Source: a candidate division WOR-3 bacterium (GTDB lineage: Bacteria > SDB-A). Taken from it: DNA of 53,937 nt. The DNA is taken from positions 1 to 53,937 of the forward strand of contig JAFGIG010000114.1 in NCBI GenBank assembly GCA_016929715.1, in the 5' to 3' direction. The notes below the pieces were generated by a model. That model did not search any database. It had not been told where the DNA came from and worked only from the letters and a program-made list of their open reading frames with translations. This document shows, piece after piece, positions 37,492-45,369 of the stretch. The first letter of the stretch is position 1. The number at the start of each line of letters is the position of its first letter. A program made the position numbers and the translations under genes.

Positions 37492-37905
37492 ATGAAAATC
37501 TTTATTTTTACCTTGACGGTGCTGACCGCGACGGCTGTCTTTGCGCAGTCGATTCCGAGCAGTATTCTCGAAATCGAGGAAATTGAAATACGGGGAACAG
37601 CGAGAGAACCCCTTGTAATAAACATAGCGGCTACTGCTAAGATTGATTTTTCAAATTTCATTATTTCTCAAAGTTTTTCGAGGGAAATCTTAAACCAGGT
37701 ATTTCAGGCTAGAACCGAACTCGGCATGATAGGCCGCACGCAGGTCTCGAGACCTTTTTCCAAGACCTGTCTTTTTTTAGGCGCAGGCGGGACGGCCGCG
37801 GGAATTTATCTGATGTCGAGTGGAGGAAAAGCCGGACCCTATTTCCTCGCTGCAGGAGGGACTTTTCTCGTCGGGTCCGGAATATTTTATTTGTCAGGAA
37901 AGTAA
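37492..37905 (+). CDS. Small signal-peptide protein with Gly-rich C-terminal TM hairpin
   Basis: Signal peptide (TAVFA/QS) and C-terminal LFLGAGGTAAGIYL...YFLAAGGTFLVGSGIFYL. Sits directly upstream of the ExbB-like gene. Confidence 0.5.
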   Translation: MKIFIFTLTVLTATAVFAQSIPSSILEIEEIEIRGTAREPLVINIAATAKIDFSNFIISQSFSREILNQVFQARTELGMIGRTQVSRPFSKTCLFLGAGGTAAGIYLMSSGGKAGPYFLAAGGTFLVGSGIFYLSGK

Positions 37906-37921
37906 TATACATTAAAGGAGG

Positions 37922-38551
37922 TTGGTTTTGTCCGCTTTCGTCCAGTTTTATAAAAATGGTGGATGGGCTATGCATTTTATCGCACTAGCCGCTTTTGTCT
38001 CTCTCGGATTGATTATCGAAAGGATGATATTTCTGTTTAGATCGGGTATAAATGCCGATAAATTCCTTCGCTACGTGACTAAAAAATTGAGAGAGGGAGA
38101 TTACACCGGCGCGATAAGATACTGCGACAGCGAAGGCAAACCTCTGTCTAAAATTATAGGTGCAGGCCTGAGAAACTACAAAGGGGATATTAGGGAAATG
38201 CAGAACGCTGTAGACGAGGTCGGATTGGCCGAGATACCGAGACTCAACAAACGCCTCAACTACCTTCCCGTTCTGGCGCAAGTCGCGACCCTTCTGGGTT
38301 TGCTCGGAACGATAGCCGGCTTATTAAAATCGTTTGGCGCCCTTTTGACCGCAAGCGCTTCTACAAGAACGCTCGAGTTGATTCAAGGAATATCGATCGC
38401 CCTGAATACAACTTTCTTCGGTCTGACAGTCGCGATACCGGTAATGCTGCTTCATTCTTTTCTTCAGTCCAGAGCCGACGGTATCGTTGACGATATCGAC
38501 GAGTATTCAGTGAGAATAATGAATATGCTTCAGGATATAAAGAAGGACTGA
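37922..38551 (+). CDS. MotA/TolQ/ExbB-family proton channel protein
   Basis: N-terminal ...NGGWAMHFIALAAFVSLGLIIER and C-terminal ...GISIALNTTFFGLTVAIPVMLLHSFL are characteristic. TTG start behind AAGGAGG; the in-frame TTG at 37928 is equally possible. Confidence 0.85.
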   Translation: MVLSAFVQFYKNGGWAMHFIALAAFVSLGLIIERMIFLFRSGINADKFLRYVTKKLREGDYTGAIRYCDSEGKPLSKIIGAGLRNYKGDIREMQNAVDEVGLAEIPRLNKRLNYLPVLAQVATLLGLLGTIAGLLKSFGALLTASASTRTLELIQGISIALNTTFFGLTVAIPVMLLHSFLQSRADGIVDDIDEYSVRIMNMLQDIKKD

Positions 38552-38554
38552 CGC

Positions 38555-39232
38555 ATGTCTTTCGCGGTATCAAAAGCCGGAAGAAGAAGTCATAAACAAA
38601 GAGGCGTGGACGTAACAACGGTTTTGAACCTTTTTATGATTCTCATACCGGCGCTTCTGACGAGTTTTCAGATAGTTCAGACATCCATACTGAATCTTGA
38701 ACTCGCCGGATTAGGGGCGGTTGAAGGCGAAAATTACATTCCAGCGCCCACTTATTTCATGACTACAATTCTCGCAAGGACAAAAGACGGCAGAATAGTC
38801 TGCGAATTTTCTCGATACAGATACGTAGGAGGAGAATCAATTGCTGTTGACACCATGATAGAAAAGTCTCGGTATTTCGACGGCTGGGGCGAGATAGATA
38901 CTCTTTTAACCCTCAAACTCGACTCACTTTTCTTTGAAGCTAAAAAAGAAGTCAAATCCTTTCTCGACACGACTCCTGAAGAGCTAATAGCTCCGAACTG
39001 GAGAGAGATAAAAAATTTCATTGCCCAGAATCCCGCTGAGACCGAAGTCATGGACAGCGTCATAAGCAGATTAAATCTTTTCATACTGATATCCGTAGAC
39101 AGCATAGGGGAAGCTGTGAGCGGAGAAAGCGTCAACCTCAACGACCTTGTGAGTTTTATGAAAATATCCCAAAAATGCGGTTTCCAGAACAATTATCTTC
39201 AACCTCCCCCGTGGTGGCCAACAGGGTCATGA
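38555..39232 (+). CDS. Divergent ExbD/TolR-like protein (TM Asp replaced by Asn, enlarged periplasmic domain)
   Basis: N-terminal basic stretch, then VDVTTVLNLFMILIPALL...LNLELAG, which aligns with the ExbD INVTPLIDVMLVLLIFFM...V.LP pattern. 225 aa versus about 135-200 for typical members. Confidence 0.55.
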   Translation: MSFAVSKAGRRSHKQRGVDVTTVLNLFMILIPALLTSFQIVQTSILNLELAGLGAVEGENYIPAPTYFMTTILARTKDGRIVCEFSRYRYVGGESIAVDTMIEKSRYFDGWGEIDTLLTLKLDSLFFEAKKEVKSFLDTTPEELIAPNWREIKNFIAQNPAETEVMDSVISRLNLFILISVDSIGEAVSGESVNLNDLVSFMKISQKCGFQNNYLQPPPWWPTGS

Positions 39233-39246
39233 AAAGGAGCTGAAAA

Positions 39247-39858
39247 ATGCCAAAAGACATTGACTCAATAGGGGAGAGTATCTCTAAGTGGTTTCCGAAA
39301 CCGCCGACAAAGAGAAAAATGATGTTCAGAAAATCCATATCTTCGCTTAAATCATCTAATTCTTCCAAAGGACCGAAATCCGACAGGGAGACTCCTGTCC
39401 TTCAGCTGACTTCGCTTATAGACATGTTCACTATTATTCTCATATTTCTTTTATTGAATTTTTCAACAGATCCGAATCAGAGCCCGCCGCCGATGGACGT
39501 CAACCTTCCGACTATTATTTCTGAAGAAGAAATCGAAGAGAAAACTCATGTGGGAGTTAATGTGGTGGCAGCCAATAACTACTCTATTACGCTCGACCAG
39601 ACTTCAATTATTGAGTCTGCAGAGGAAATGCCCGTCAAAACGGACACTTTTGTGGCACCTTTGCTTGAAAAACTCAGAGAGACATACGAAATAGCCATTC
39701 AGACAGCCGAACTCAACCAGATTGACCCGGATTCAATAAAAGTCATTATCCAGGCAGACAGCCTTACGAGTTACAACCTTATAACGCAGATAGTCAATAC
39801 CTGCACGATGGCAGGTTATAAAAAAGTATCGGTCATGGTTTTAGCGCCGAAGTTCTGA
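39247..39858 (+). CDS. ExbD/TolR-family protein
   Basis: LQLTSLIDMFTIILIFLLL (conserved Asp present) followed by MDVNLPTI. AAGGAG Shine-Dalgarno 8 nt upstream. Confidence 0.8.
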   Translation: MPKDIDSIGESISKWFPKPPTKRKMMFRKSISSLKSSNSSKGPKSDRETPVLQLTSLIDMFTIILIFLLLNFSTDPNQSPPPMDVNLPTIISEEEIEEKTHVGVNVVAANNYSITLDQTSIIESAEEMPVKTDTFVAPLLEKLRETYEIAIQTAELNQIDPDSIKVIIQADSLTSYNLITQIVNTCTMAGYKKVSVMVLAPKF

Positions 39859-39876
39859 AATCGTAAAGGGGGAAAA

Positions 39877-41730
39877 ATGGAAGAGATCAAACTTGCCGTA
39901 GTGGTCCAACAGCAGGGCAAACGCAGGCATTTCGTCGTCGAAAAAGATCTCGTTTCCATCGGCAAAAGCGAAGACTGCGAAATAGTGGTCTCGGATGACG
40001 ATCCTGACATACCGCAAAAACATGTCCTGTTCTCATACAACAGCGTCGGGAATTCATACGAACTGAAGATAAAGCCGGATATCTTCAGAGGCTGGATTAA
40101 AATAGGTGAAGATGAAATTTCTGTCAAGGACATCGCCCTTCGCGCGAAAGTAAGGAAAGAGAATGATCAGATAGTGCTCCCTCTGGAAACTACAGGCAGA
40201 GGAAGAATCCAATTGGGAGGCACCGTTATAGGCTACGGTTTCCAGTCTTTCGCTGGATCTTCACAAAAAAAACCCCAGAAAACGGTTTCTGCGGCTTCTG
40301 TCGGGTGGGTTGAAGTAATCCAGGGCGGGAGCCTGAAGAAATACCTCGTCAAAAAAAATCAGGTGTTTCTTGCGGGGAACACGGTCAGGTCGGCTGTCAA
40401 AGAGCCGACTATAGAAAAAGAACTTAAACTGTTTTATTCTGCCGGCGGAAGTTATTCCTTGACCATAATCCCCGGTTTTTACGGCGTTATCAGCAAAGAC
40501 GGTGATCGACTGCGCATAGACGACGATTTTTTTGCAAGGAGCGGCACTGTTGAAAAAACTATAGATATCTCGGCAGGAGACAGAGCGGATCTTAAATTTA
40601 AAAACAGCTTTATAATCAGGCTCGGAGTAAGGGAAGAAGAGATTCGACGAGAAGCCGTCAAAACACCTCTGGCTACTCCTCCCGCCCCGGAAGATAGACC
40701 TCAGCCTATAGAAAAAGAACGGGGAAAACCCAAATGGGAGCGTTTTAACAACAGACCCCATGACAGATTGACTGTTGGCGAACACTCAAAGGACAGGAAG
40801 GTATTCACCATATTTGATTTTACCACCGCTCTTTTCTGGATTTTTTGGATTTTATACGCTTTCACAGTCAAAGTGGAGGCGCTTAACCTCGATCTAGCTA
40901 CCGCTGAAGAAACCCTAAAAAGACTTGAAGAGAATGATTTGCTAGATGTTTCACTCACTGAAGACATAGAGAGCTTGAGGAGAGGAACTCTCGGTGTAGC
41001 GACAACCGGTGAAGGAACTTCGGAAGGGACGGGTTCGGGCTCGGGGACAGGAACTGGCAGCGGTTCGGGATCAGGAAGCGGAGCCGGAGGGCCGGTCGGT
41101 CAGGGGGGGCAGACTTCGAGGGTGGCAAGAGGGTTGAGAGTTCTCGGTGTAGGTTCGGGACCATCGACGGGTCCTATGGGCCTCGGCGGGGGTGACGCGA
41201 GCATTCAGGATCTTCTCGCCGGAGGAGCCTCGCTTTCAGGTGTTTCGGGAGGCATGGCTTCAGCGGCCGGTGGTTCAGGAGGTCTTGGCGGGGGCGTTAC
41301 AGGAACCGTGGGAGTCACTGGAGGAACTGATATTTCAACGGGTCCCGCGACAGGCGGAGATCTTCAGCATCAGAGGACAGCGGGAGTCAGAGGTGGAACT
41401 ATAGCCGACCTTTCAGGTTCAGCGGCGACGTCCGGAGCAAGGGATGCGGCGGATGTCCGCAGGGCTATAGTCAGGTATCAGGGAAGGCTTAAATATTTCT
41501 ATGAAAGAGAACTCGAAGTGAACCCTGCGCTTCAGGGGAAAATCGTAGTCAGGATAACCATCTCGGAAGAAGGATATGTCTCTAATGTTTCTATGGCCAG
41601 CAGCACGCTCGGTTCGCCTTCGCTTGAACAACAGATATTATCGGCTATAAGCGGCTGGACTTTCGGAGCCATTGACCCGGGCGGAGGTTCTTTCACATTT
41701 ACAGTTCCTTTTAATTTCTACAGCCAGTGA
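39877..41730 (+). CDS. FHA-like(x2) / single-TM / Gly-Ser-rich / AgmX-PglI-type TonB-like C-terminal domain protein
   Basis: N-terminal VSIGKSEDCEIVVSDD..IPQKHVLFSY (degenerate FHA-like) and a second similar module. TM FTTALFWIFWILYAFTV. About 115 aa of G/S/T-rich linker. C-terminal RYQGRLKYFYERELEVNPALQGKIVVRITISEEGYVSNVSMASSTLGSPSLEQQILSAISGWTFGAIDPGGGSFTFTVPFNF matches the AgmX/PglI C-terminal (TonB_C-like) pattern. Confidence 0.75.
   Translation: MEEIKLAVVVQQQGKRRHFVVEKDLVSIGKSEDCEIVVSDDDPDIPQKHVLFSYNSVGNSYELKIKPDIFRGWIKIGEDEISVKDIALRAKVRKENDQIVLPLETTGRGRIQLGGTVIGYGFQSFAGSSQKKPQKTVSAASVGWVEVIQGGSLKKYLVKKNQVFLAGNTVRSAVKEPTIEKELKLFYSAGGSYSLTIIPGFYGVISKDGDRLRIDDDFFARSGTVEKTIDISAGDRADLKFKNSFIIRLGVREEEIRREAVKTPLATPPAPEDRPQPIEKERGKPKWERFNNRPHDRLTVGEHSKDRKVFTIFDFTTALFWIFWILYAFTVKVEALNLDLATAEETLKRLEENDLLDVSLTEDIESLRRGTLGVATTGEGTSEGTGSGSGTGTGSGSGSGSGAGGPVGQGGQTSRVARGLRVLGVGSGPSTGPMGLGGGDASIQDLLAGGASLSGVSGGMASAAGGSGGLGGGVTGTVGVTGGTDISTGPATGGDLQHQRTAGVRGGTIADLSGSAATSGARDAADVRRAIVRYQGRLKYFYERELEVNPALQGKIVVRITISEEGYVSNVSMASSTLGSPSLEQQILSAISGWTFGAIDPGGGSFTFTVPFNFYSQ
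41008..41360 (+). repeat. Coding low-complexity Gly/Ser/Thr tract (imperfect GGN-AGY/ACN repeats)
   Basis: Encodes GEGTSEGTGSGSGTGTGSGSGSGSGAGG...GGSGGLGGGVTGTVGVTGG inside the 39877..41730 CDS. The DNA is an imperfect short-period repeat. Confidence 0.6.
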
Positions 41731-42722
41731 GAAAATGTCTCCTTTTCGCCGCTTTGACGGCTTTTTGCTTGATCCCTGAAAGTATTTCCAGTTCTGTTTT
41801 TATCCTCATTAAACAGGAAGAAATGCCGATTGAGCGTGTTCAGGGTTTCATTGATTCAATAGCAAATACAGGAATTGACGGAATCCTGGTAGACGCATAC
41901 AAAGACGGGCTGACTCTCTTTCCTTCCGAACGTCTTGATTTTGCTTTTTCCTATGATATTCTCGAAGAAATAGTCTATTGCGCCGGTCTCAGAAAATTAC
42001 TTGTATTTTTTAATCTCGACCTTTTCAGGGTTTGGACCCGGCATGTTCCGCCGACGAGCGCTTCACACGTATTTCACCTTCACAAGGACTGGCTTCTAAA
42101 AGATGCGGCAGGAAACAGCATGAGCTCTTTTTCAATTGAAGATCTCTTGTCGAAACACGCAATAGATGGTTATTATGTGTCTCCGTCAAATAGGGAATAC
42201 GCTGTTTTACTCTATGAATTAATGACTGAACTCACAGGAAGATACCTTTATTCCGGAATTGTAATATCCGGTATTTGTGTTCCCGGGCAGGAATGGTCTT
42301 ACGACGATTATACCATGACTGAATTTATGAGGTTGTATTACGTCAATCCGAATACGGATAGATTAGCCCCTTCGATCAGGGAAGAGTGGTCCGGTTTCAA
42401 CCAAAAGGCGGCGGAAAATTTTTTAAAAAGATTTCTCGCAACATCTGAAATAAAAGGTTTTCTCGCTGTCAGAGTTGAAAACGATTCGGATTTATCTCTA
42501 TCGCTGATCAGATCCGATATCGCGGATTTTTTCATACCGGATTCAAACTGGATAAAAATTAGGAATGTCTCTCCTAAAGATCTTGCAGACATAATTAAAA
42601 CAAGGGGAGACAATGAATTTATTGTTTTGGACGACGCCAGAGACGCCTTGAGAATAATCGGCTACAAAGAGATGATAAAAATCGCCATGGAATGGATCAG
42701 GGGAGAGGGGGCCAGAAGATAA
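41727..42722 (+). CDS. Hypothetical secreted protein (possibly glycoside-hydrolase-like TIM barrel; weak)
   Basis: GTGA start/stop overlap with the upstream gene. Signal peptide MRKCLLFAALTAFCLIPES. No firm domain. Confidence 0.45.
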   Translation: MRKCLLFAALTAFCLIPESISSSVFILIKQEEMPIERVQGFIDSIANTGIDGILVDAYKDGLTLFPSERLDFAFSYDILEEIVYCAGLRKLLVFFNLDLFRVWTRHVPPTSASHVFHLHKDWLLKDAAGNSMSSFSIEDLLSKHAIDGYYVSPSNREYAVLLYELMTELTGRYLYSGIVISGICVPGQEWSYDDYTMTEFMRLYYVNPNTDRLAPSIREEWSGFNQKAAENFLKRFLATSEIKGFLAVRVENDSDLSLSLIRSDIADFFIPDSNWIKIRNVSPKDLADIIKTRGDNEFIVLDDARDALRIIGYKEMIKIAMEWIRGEGARR

Positions 42723-43092
42723 ATCTCGCGCAGTTTTCGCACCTATCTACCGATAGGTGGTTTTTAACTCGCTGAAAAACTTCCGCAGGAATCCTGTTGG
42801 AACAACCTACACAATAGCCTTCCCCTCTCTCTTCTCTCGCAGGAACTATAGCCCTCGGTATCAGATCGTCTTTGTATTTTTTCATCAGTCTTAGATATTC
42901 GCGTTTGAGATCCGAAGGAAGTTTTTTAAGAAGCTTTTCTTTTGTATTCTGAAAATTTACAACGGTGCTTTCGTCGAAGCTCATCCCGATTTCTTTAAGT
43001 TTTGAAAGATATCTTTCGTTTGTGAGTTCGTTTATATAAGTTTCAGCGTTGTCAATAGCAAGCAGAATCTCAAGCCATTCATTCATAGGCAT
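42697..43092 (-). CDS. Coiled-coil plus C4 zinc-ribbon protein (COG1579-like, short)
   Basis: C-terminal CVGCSNRIP...CENCARF zinc ribbon after a helical region. Overlaps the convergent gene by 26 nt. Confidence 0.55.
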   Translation of the reverse strand: MPMNEWLEILLAIDNAETYINELTNERYLSKLKEIGMSFDESTVVNFQNTKEKLLKKLPSDLKREYLRLMKKYKDDLIPRAIVPAREERGEGYCVGCSNRIPAEVFQRVKNHLSVDRCENCARFIFWPPLP

Positions 43093-43522
43093 TTATGTAT
43101 TCCTCAACGAACTGCAGGAGTTGTTCGGTTGTTTTCACCTTCTTCATTATTTTTTTTGTTTTTACGGTTTTGAAGAATTTAGCGAGATCGCCTACAATAT
43201 CTGAGTATCGGACGTATTTGCCGGAAGAGTGAAGATAATACTCCTGAGTCGGGAGTATAAGAAGAAAAACGAAATTGACCGGAGAAGTCGAATTTTCCAT
43301 CTGCCATGGAAAAGAGATGTCTTTGCCCGGAGATATTCCCACTGAAACAATAGGAGATGAGATGAGGTTTATGCGGGCATGAGGGAAAGCTATATTGCCT
43401 TCGAGGACGAAGGAGTTGAGTTTTTCTCTGTCGAGAAGAGCTTTTAATATCACATTGTATGGTTCAGCTTTCACTCCTTTGAGCATTTCCGAATATACGC
43501 CTTTCGAAGTAGCTGACTTCAA
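43079..43522 (-). CDS. PTS EIIA type-2 (PtsN-like) domain protein
   Basis: LLDREKLNSFVLEGNIAFPHARI (His phosphorylation-site context) and VNFVFLLILP. TTG start without a clear Shine-Dalgarno, so the N-terminus is uncertain. Confidence 0.6.
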   Translation of the reverse strand: MKSATSKGVYSEMLKGVKAEPYNVILKALLDREKLNSFVLEGNIAFPHARINLISSPIVSVGISPGKDISFPWQMENSTSPVNFVFLLILPTQEYYLHSSGKYVRYSDIVGDLAKFFKTVKTKKIMKKVKTTEQLLQFVEEYINAYE

Positions 43523-43615
43523 AGCAAAGACATTTGAACTATTTACCAGATGGATGATAAAAAAACCCTTTCCCGTAAAACCTTTGAAATAAGGTATATT
43601 TTCTTTTTTTTTATG

Positions 43616-44608
43616 TCAATGTTTTTCTTTTCTGCCTCTGAATAAAAGTATGTATAGAAAAAATGGAGCTCCCAAAAGAGCTGTGACGACGCCGACAGGC
43701 AATTCGGCCGGTTGAAGGGTTTTTCTGGCGGCTATGTCGGCGAACAACAGGAATATTGAACCGGAAAAGAAAGAACCCGGCAGAACGGTTCTGTAGTCGT
43801 GTCCTGAGATTTTCTTCTCGATGTGAGGGACAATAAGTCCGACGAATCCAATCGGCCCGAAAAAAGCCACCGAACCCGCGACGAAAACGCTCACGACAAT
43901 AAAAGAAATCTTCTGCAGAGATTTGACATCCACGCCTCTTGAAAGGCTGATGTCGTCGGCAAAATATAGGTTGTTGTATGCGTTCATTTTAATAAAGGCG
44001 AATAAAACAAGAGGCAGAGAGAATACAGCCGAGAAGAGGGCTGTCTTCCAGCTGGAAAACGCCAGAGAACCGGTTAACCACCTGTCGAGGATTCCTGCTG
44101 TGAAAGGGCTTGTGACAAACCTCATGAGAGTAATTACAGAACCGGCAAAAATGCTCAATGTGATTCCGGATAGAACGAGATCGTGAATTGAAAAAGTGTT
44201 TTTTCTCGCGGATAAGGCGTAGATGAAAAACAGTGTCGTAGCTGAAAAAAACAATGAAGAAAAGATTCCGGAAAGCGGAATAAAAGACAGATACGTTGAG
44301 GCGAGAAAGGCGCCGAGAGCTGAAACACTGCTTATTCCGAGAGTGTATGGCTCGACAAGGGGGTTTTTCAATGTGCTCTGCAGAACAGCCCCGGAAAGAG
44401 AAAGGGAGCCGCCGAGAATGAAAGCTGATATTGCGCGGGGGAGTCTGTAACTTAAAAAAATATCTTTTAATGGTCCGTCTCCGAAAAGGGCGGAAAATTT
44501 TATGGGGACAGCTCCTATGAAAGGTGATATGCAGAGAAGCCCCAAAGCGAGAGCTGCGTGAATTAAAAGATTTGTTAAAAACTTTTTTTTAGTGAGAATG
44601 GTTTTCAT
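43616..44608 (-). CDS. FecCD-family ABC permease (iron-siderophore/cobalamin type)
   Basis: 330 aa with about 9-10 TM segments and typical FecCD blocks (PRAISAFILGGSLSLSGAVLQS, GPIGFVGLIVPH). Confidence 0.85.
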   Translation of the reverse strand: MKTILTKKKFLTNLLIHAALALGLLCISPFIGAVPIKFSALFGDGPLKDIFLSYRLPRAISAFILGGSLSLSGAVLQSTLKNPLVEPYTLGISSVSALGAFLASTYLSFIPLSGIFSSLFFSATTLFFIYALSARKNTFSIHDLVLSGITLSIFAGSVITLMRFVTSPFTAGILDRWLTGSLAFSSWKTALFSAVFSLPLVLFAFIKMNAYNNLYFADDISLSRGVDVKSLQKISFIVVSVFVAGSVAFFGPIGFVGLIVPHIEKKISGHDYRTVLPGSFFSGSIFLLFADIAARKTLQPAELPVGVVTALLGAPFFLYILLFRGRKEKH

Positions 44609-45369
44609 TCAGGCCTCGGGAAAATTAGAGGAACGCCGTTTTGGAAAACAAGAGACAGCTCTTCTCCGAAAACCTGCCGAACAATTTTTTCGTCAATTAT
44701 TTCCGCAGGATGTCCTTTGGCTTCCATTTTTCCTTCCTTTAAGATGATAATTTCATCTGAGTATATACTTGCGAGACTTATGTTGTGGCTCGCCATAAGT
44801 ATAGTTGTCCCGGTCGCCGCGTGTTTTCTAAGTTTTCTGTATATCTCCGCCTGATGAGATATATCGAGCGAAGAGGTCGGCTCGTCGAGGGCGAGAAAAA
44901 CAGAACTCTGAGCAAGACTTGAAGCCAACAACGTCCTTTGACGCTCTCCGCCGCTCAGAGTGCAAAAACTCCTGTCTGCAATATCTGAGAGACCGAACTC
45001 TTTCATTATCTCTTTGACATAAGAAATTTCCTCATCGCCGGCAAAACCGAGCCTTCCAAGCCACGGGAACCTGCCGGCTAAAACTGTTTGTTCGACTGTA
45101 AAAGGGAGATCTCTTTCGGAAAACTGCGGAAGATAGGAAACGAGTTTCGATTTTTCGCCGGGTCCTATCTTATCCAACTCGCGATTTAATAAAGACACAG
45201 ATCCCTTCTGAGGCTTGGACAGGCCTGCTGCTATTCTGAGAACTGTGCTTTTGCCGCTTCCGTTGGGACCGATCAAGGATGTAAGAGAACCTCTGTCAAC
45301 CGCAAAATCAATATTTTCAAGAGAAAAAGCTTTTCCCCAGGAGAAAAAGACGCCTCTAATCCTCAGCAT
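44605..45369 (-). CDS. ABC transporter ATP-binding protein (FepC/BtuD type)
   Basis: Walker A GPNGSGKST, LSGGERQR, Walker B FLALDEPTSSLD. Confidence 0.9.
   Translation of the reverse strand: MLRIRGVFFSWGKAFSLENIDFAVDRGSLTSLIGPNGSGKSTVLRIAAGLSKPQKGSVSLLNRELDKIGPGEKSKLVSYLPQFSERDLPFTVEQTVLAGRFPWLGRLGFAGDEEISYVKEIMKEFGLSDIADRSFCTLSGGERQRTLLASSLAQSSVFLALDEPTSSLDISHQAEIYRKLRKHAATGTTILMASHNISLASIYSDEIIILKEGKMEAKGHPAEIIDEKIVRQVFGEELSLVFQNGVPLIFPRPE

Noticed and set aside
41008-41360. Short-period GGN/AGY repeat that looks at first like a tandem-repeat or array-like element.
   Set aside because: It is in frame within a long CDS and encodes a Gly/Ser/Thr linker. The repeats are imperfect and there are no spacer-like unique units, so it is coding low complexity, not a CRISPR array or satellite.
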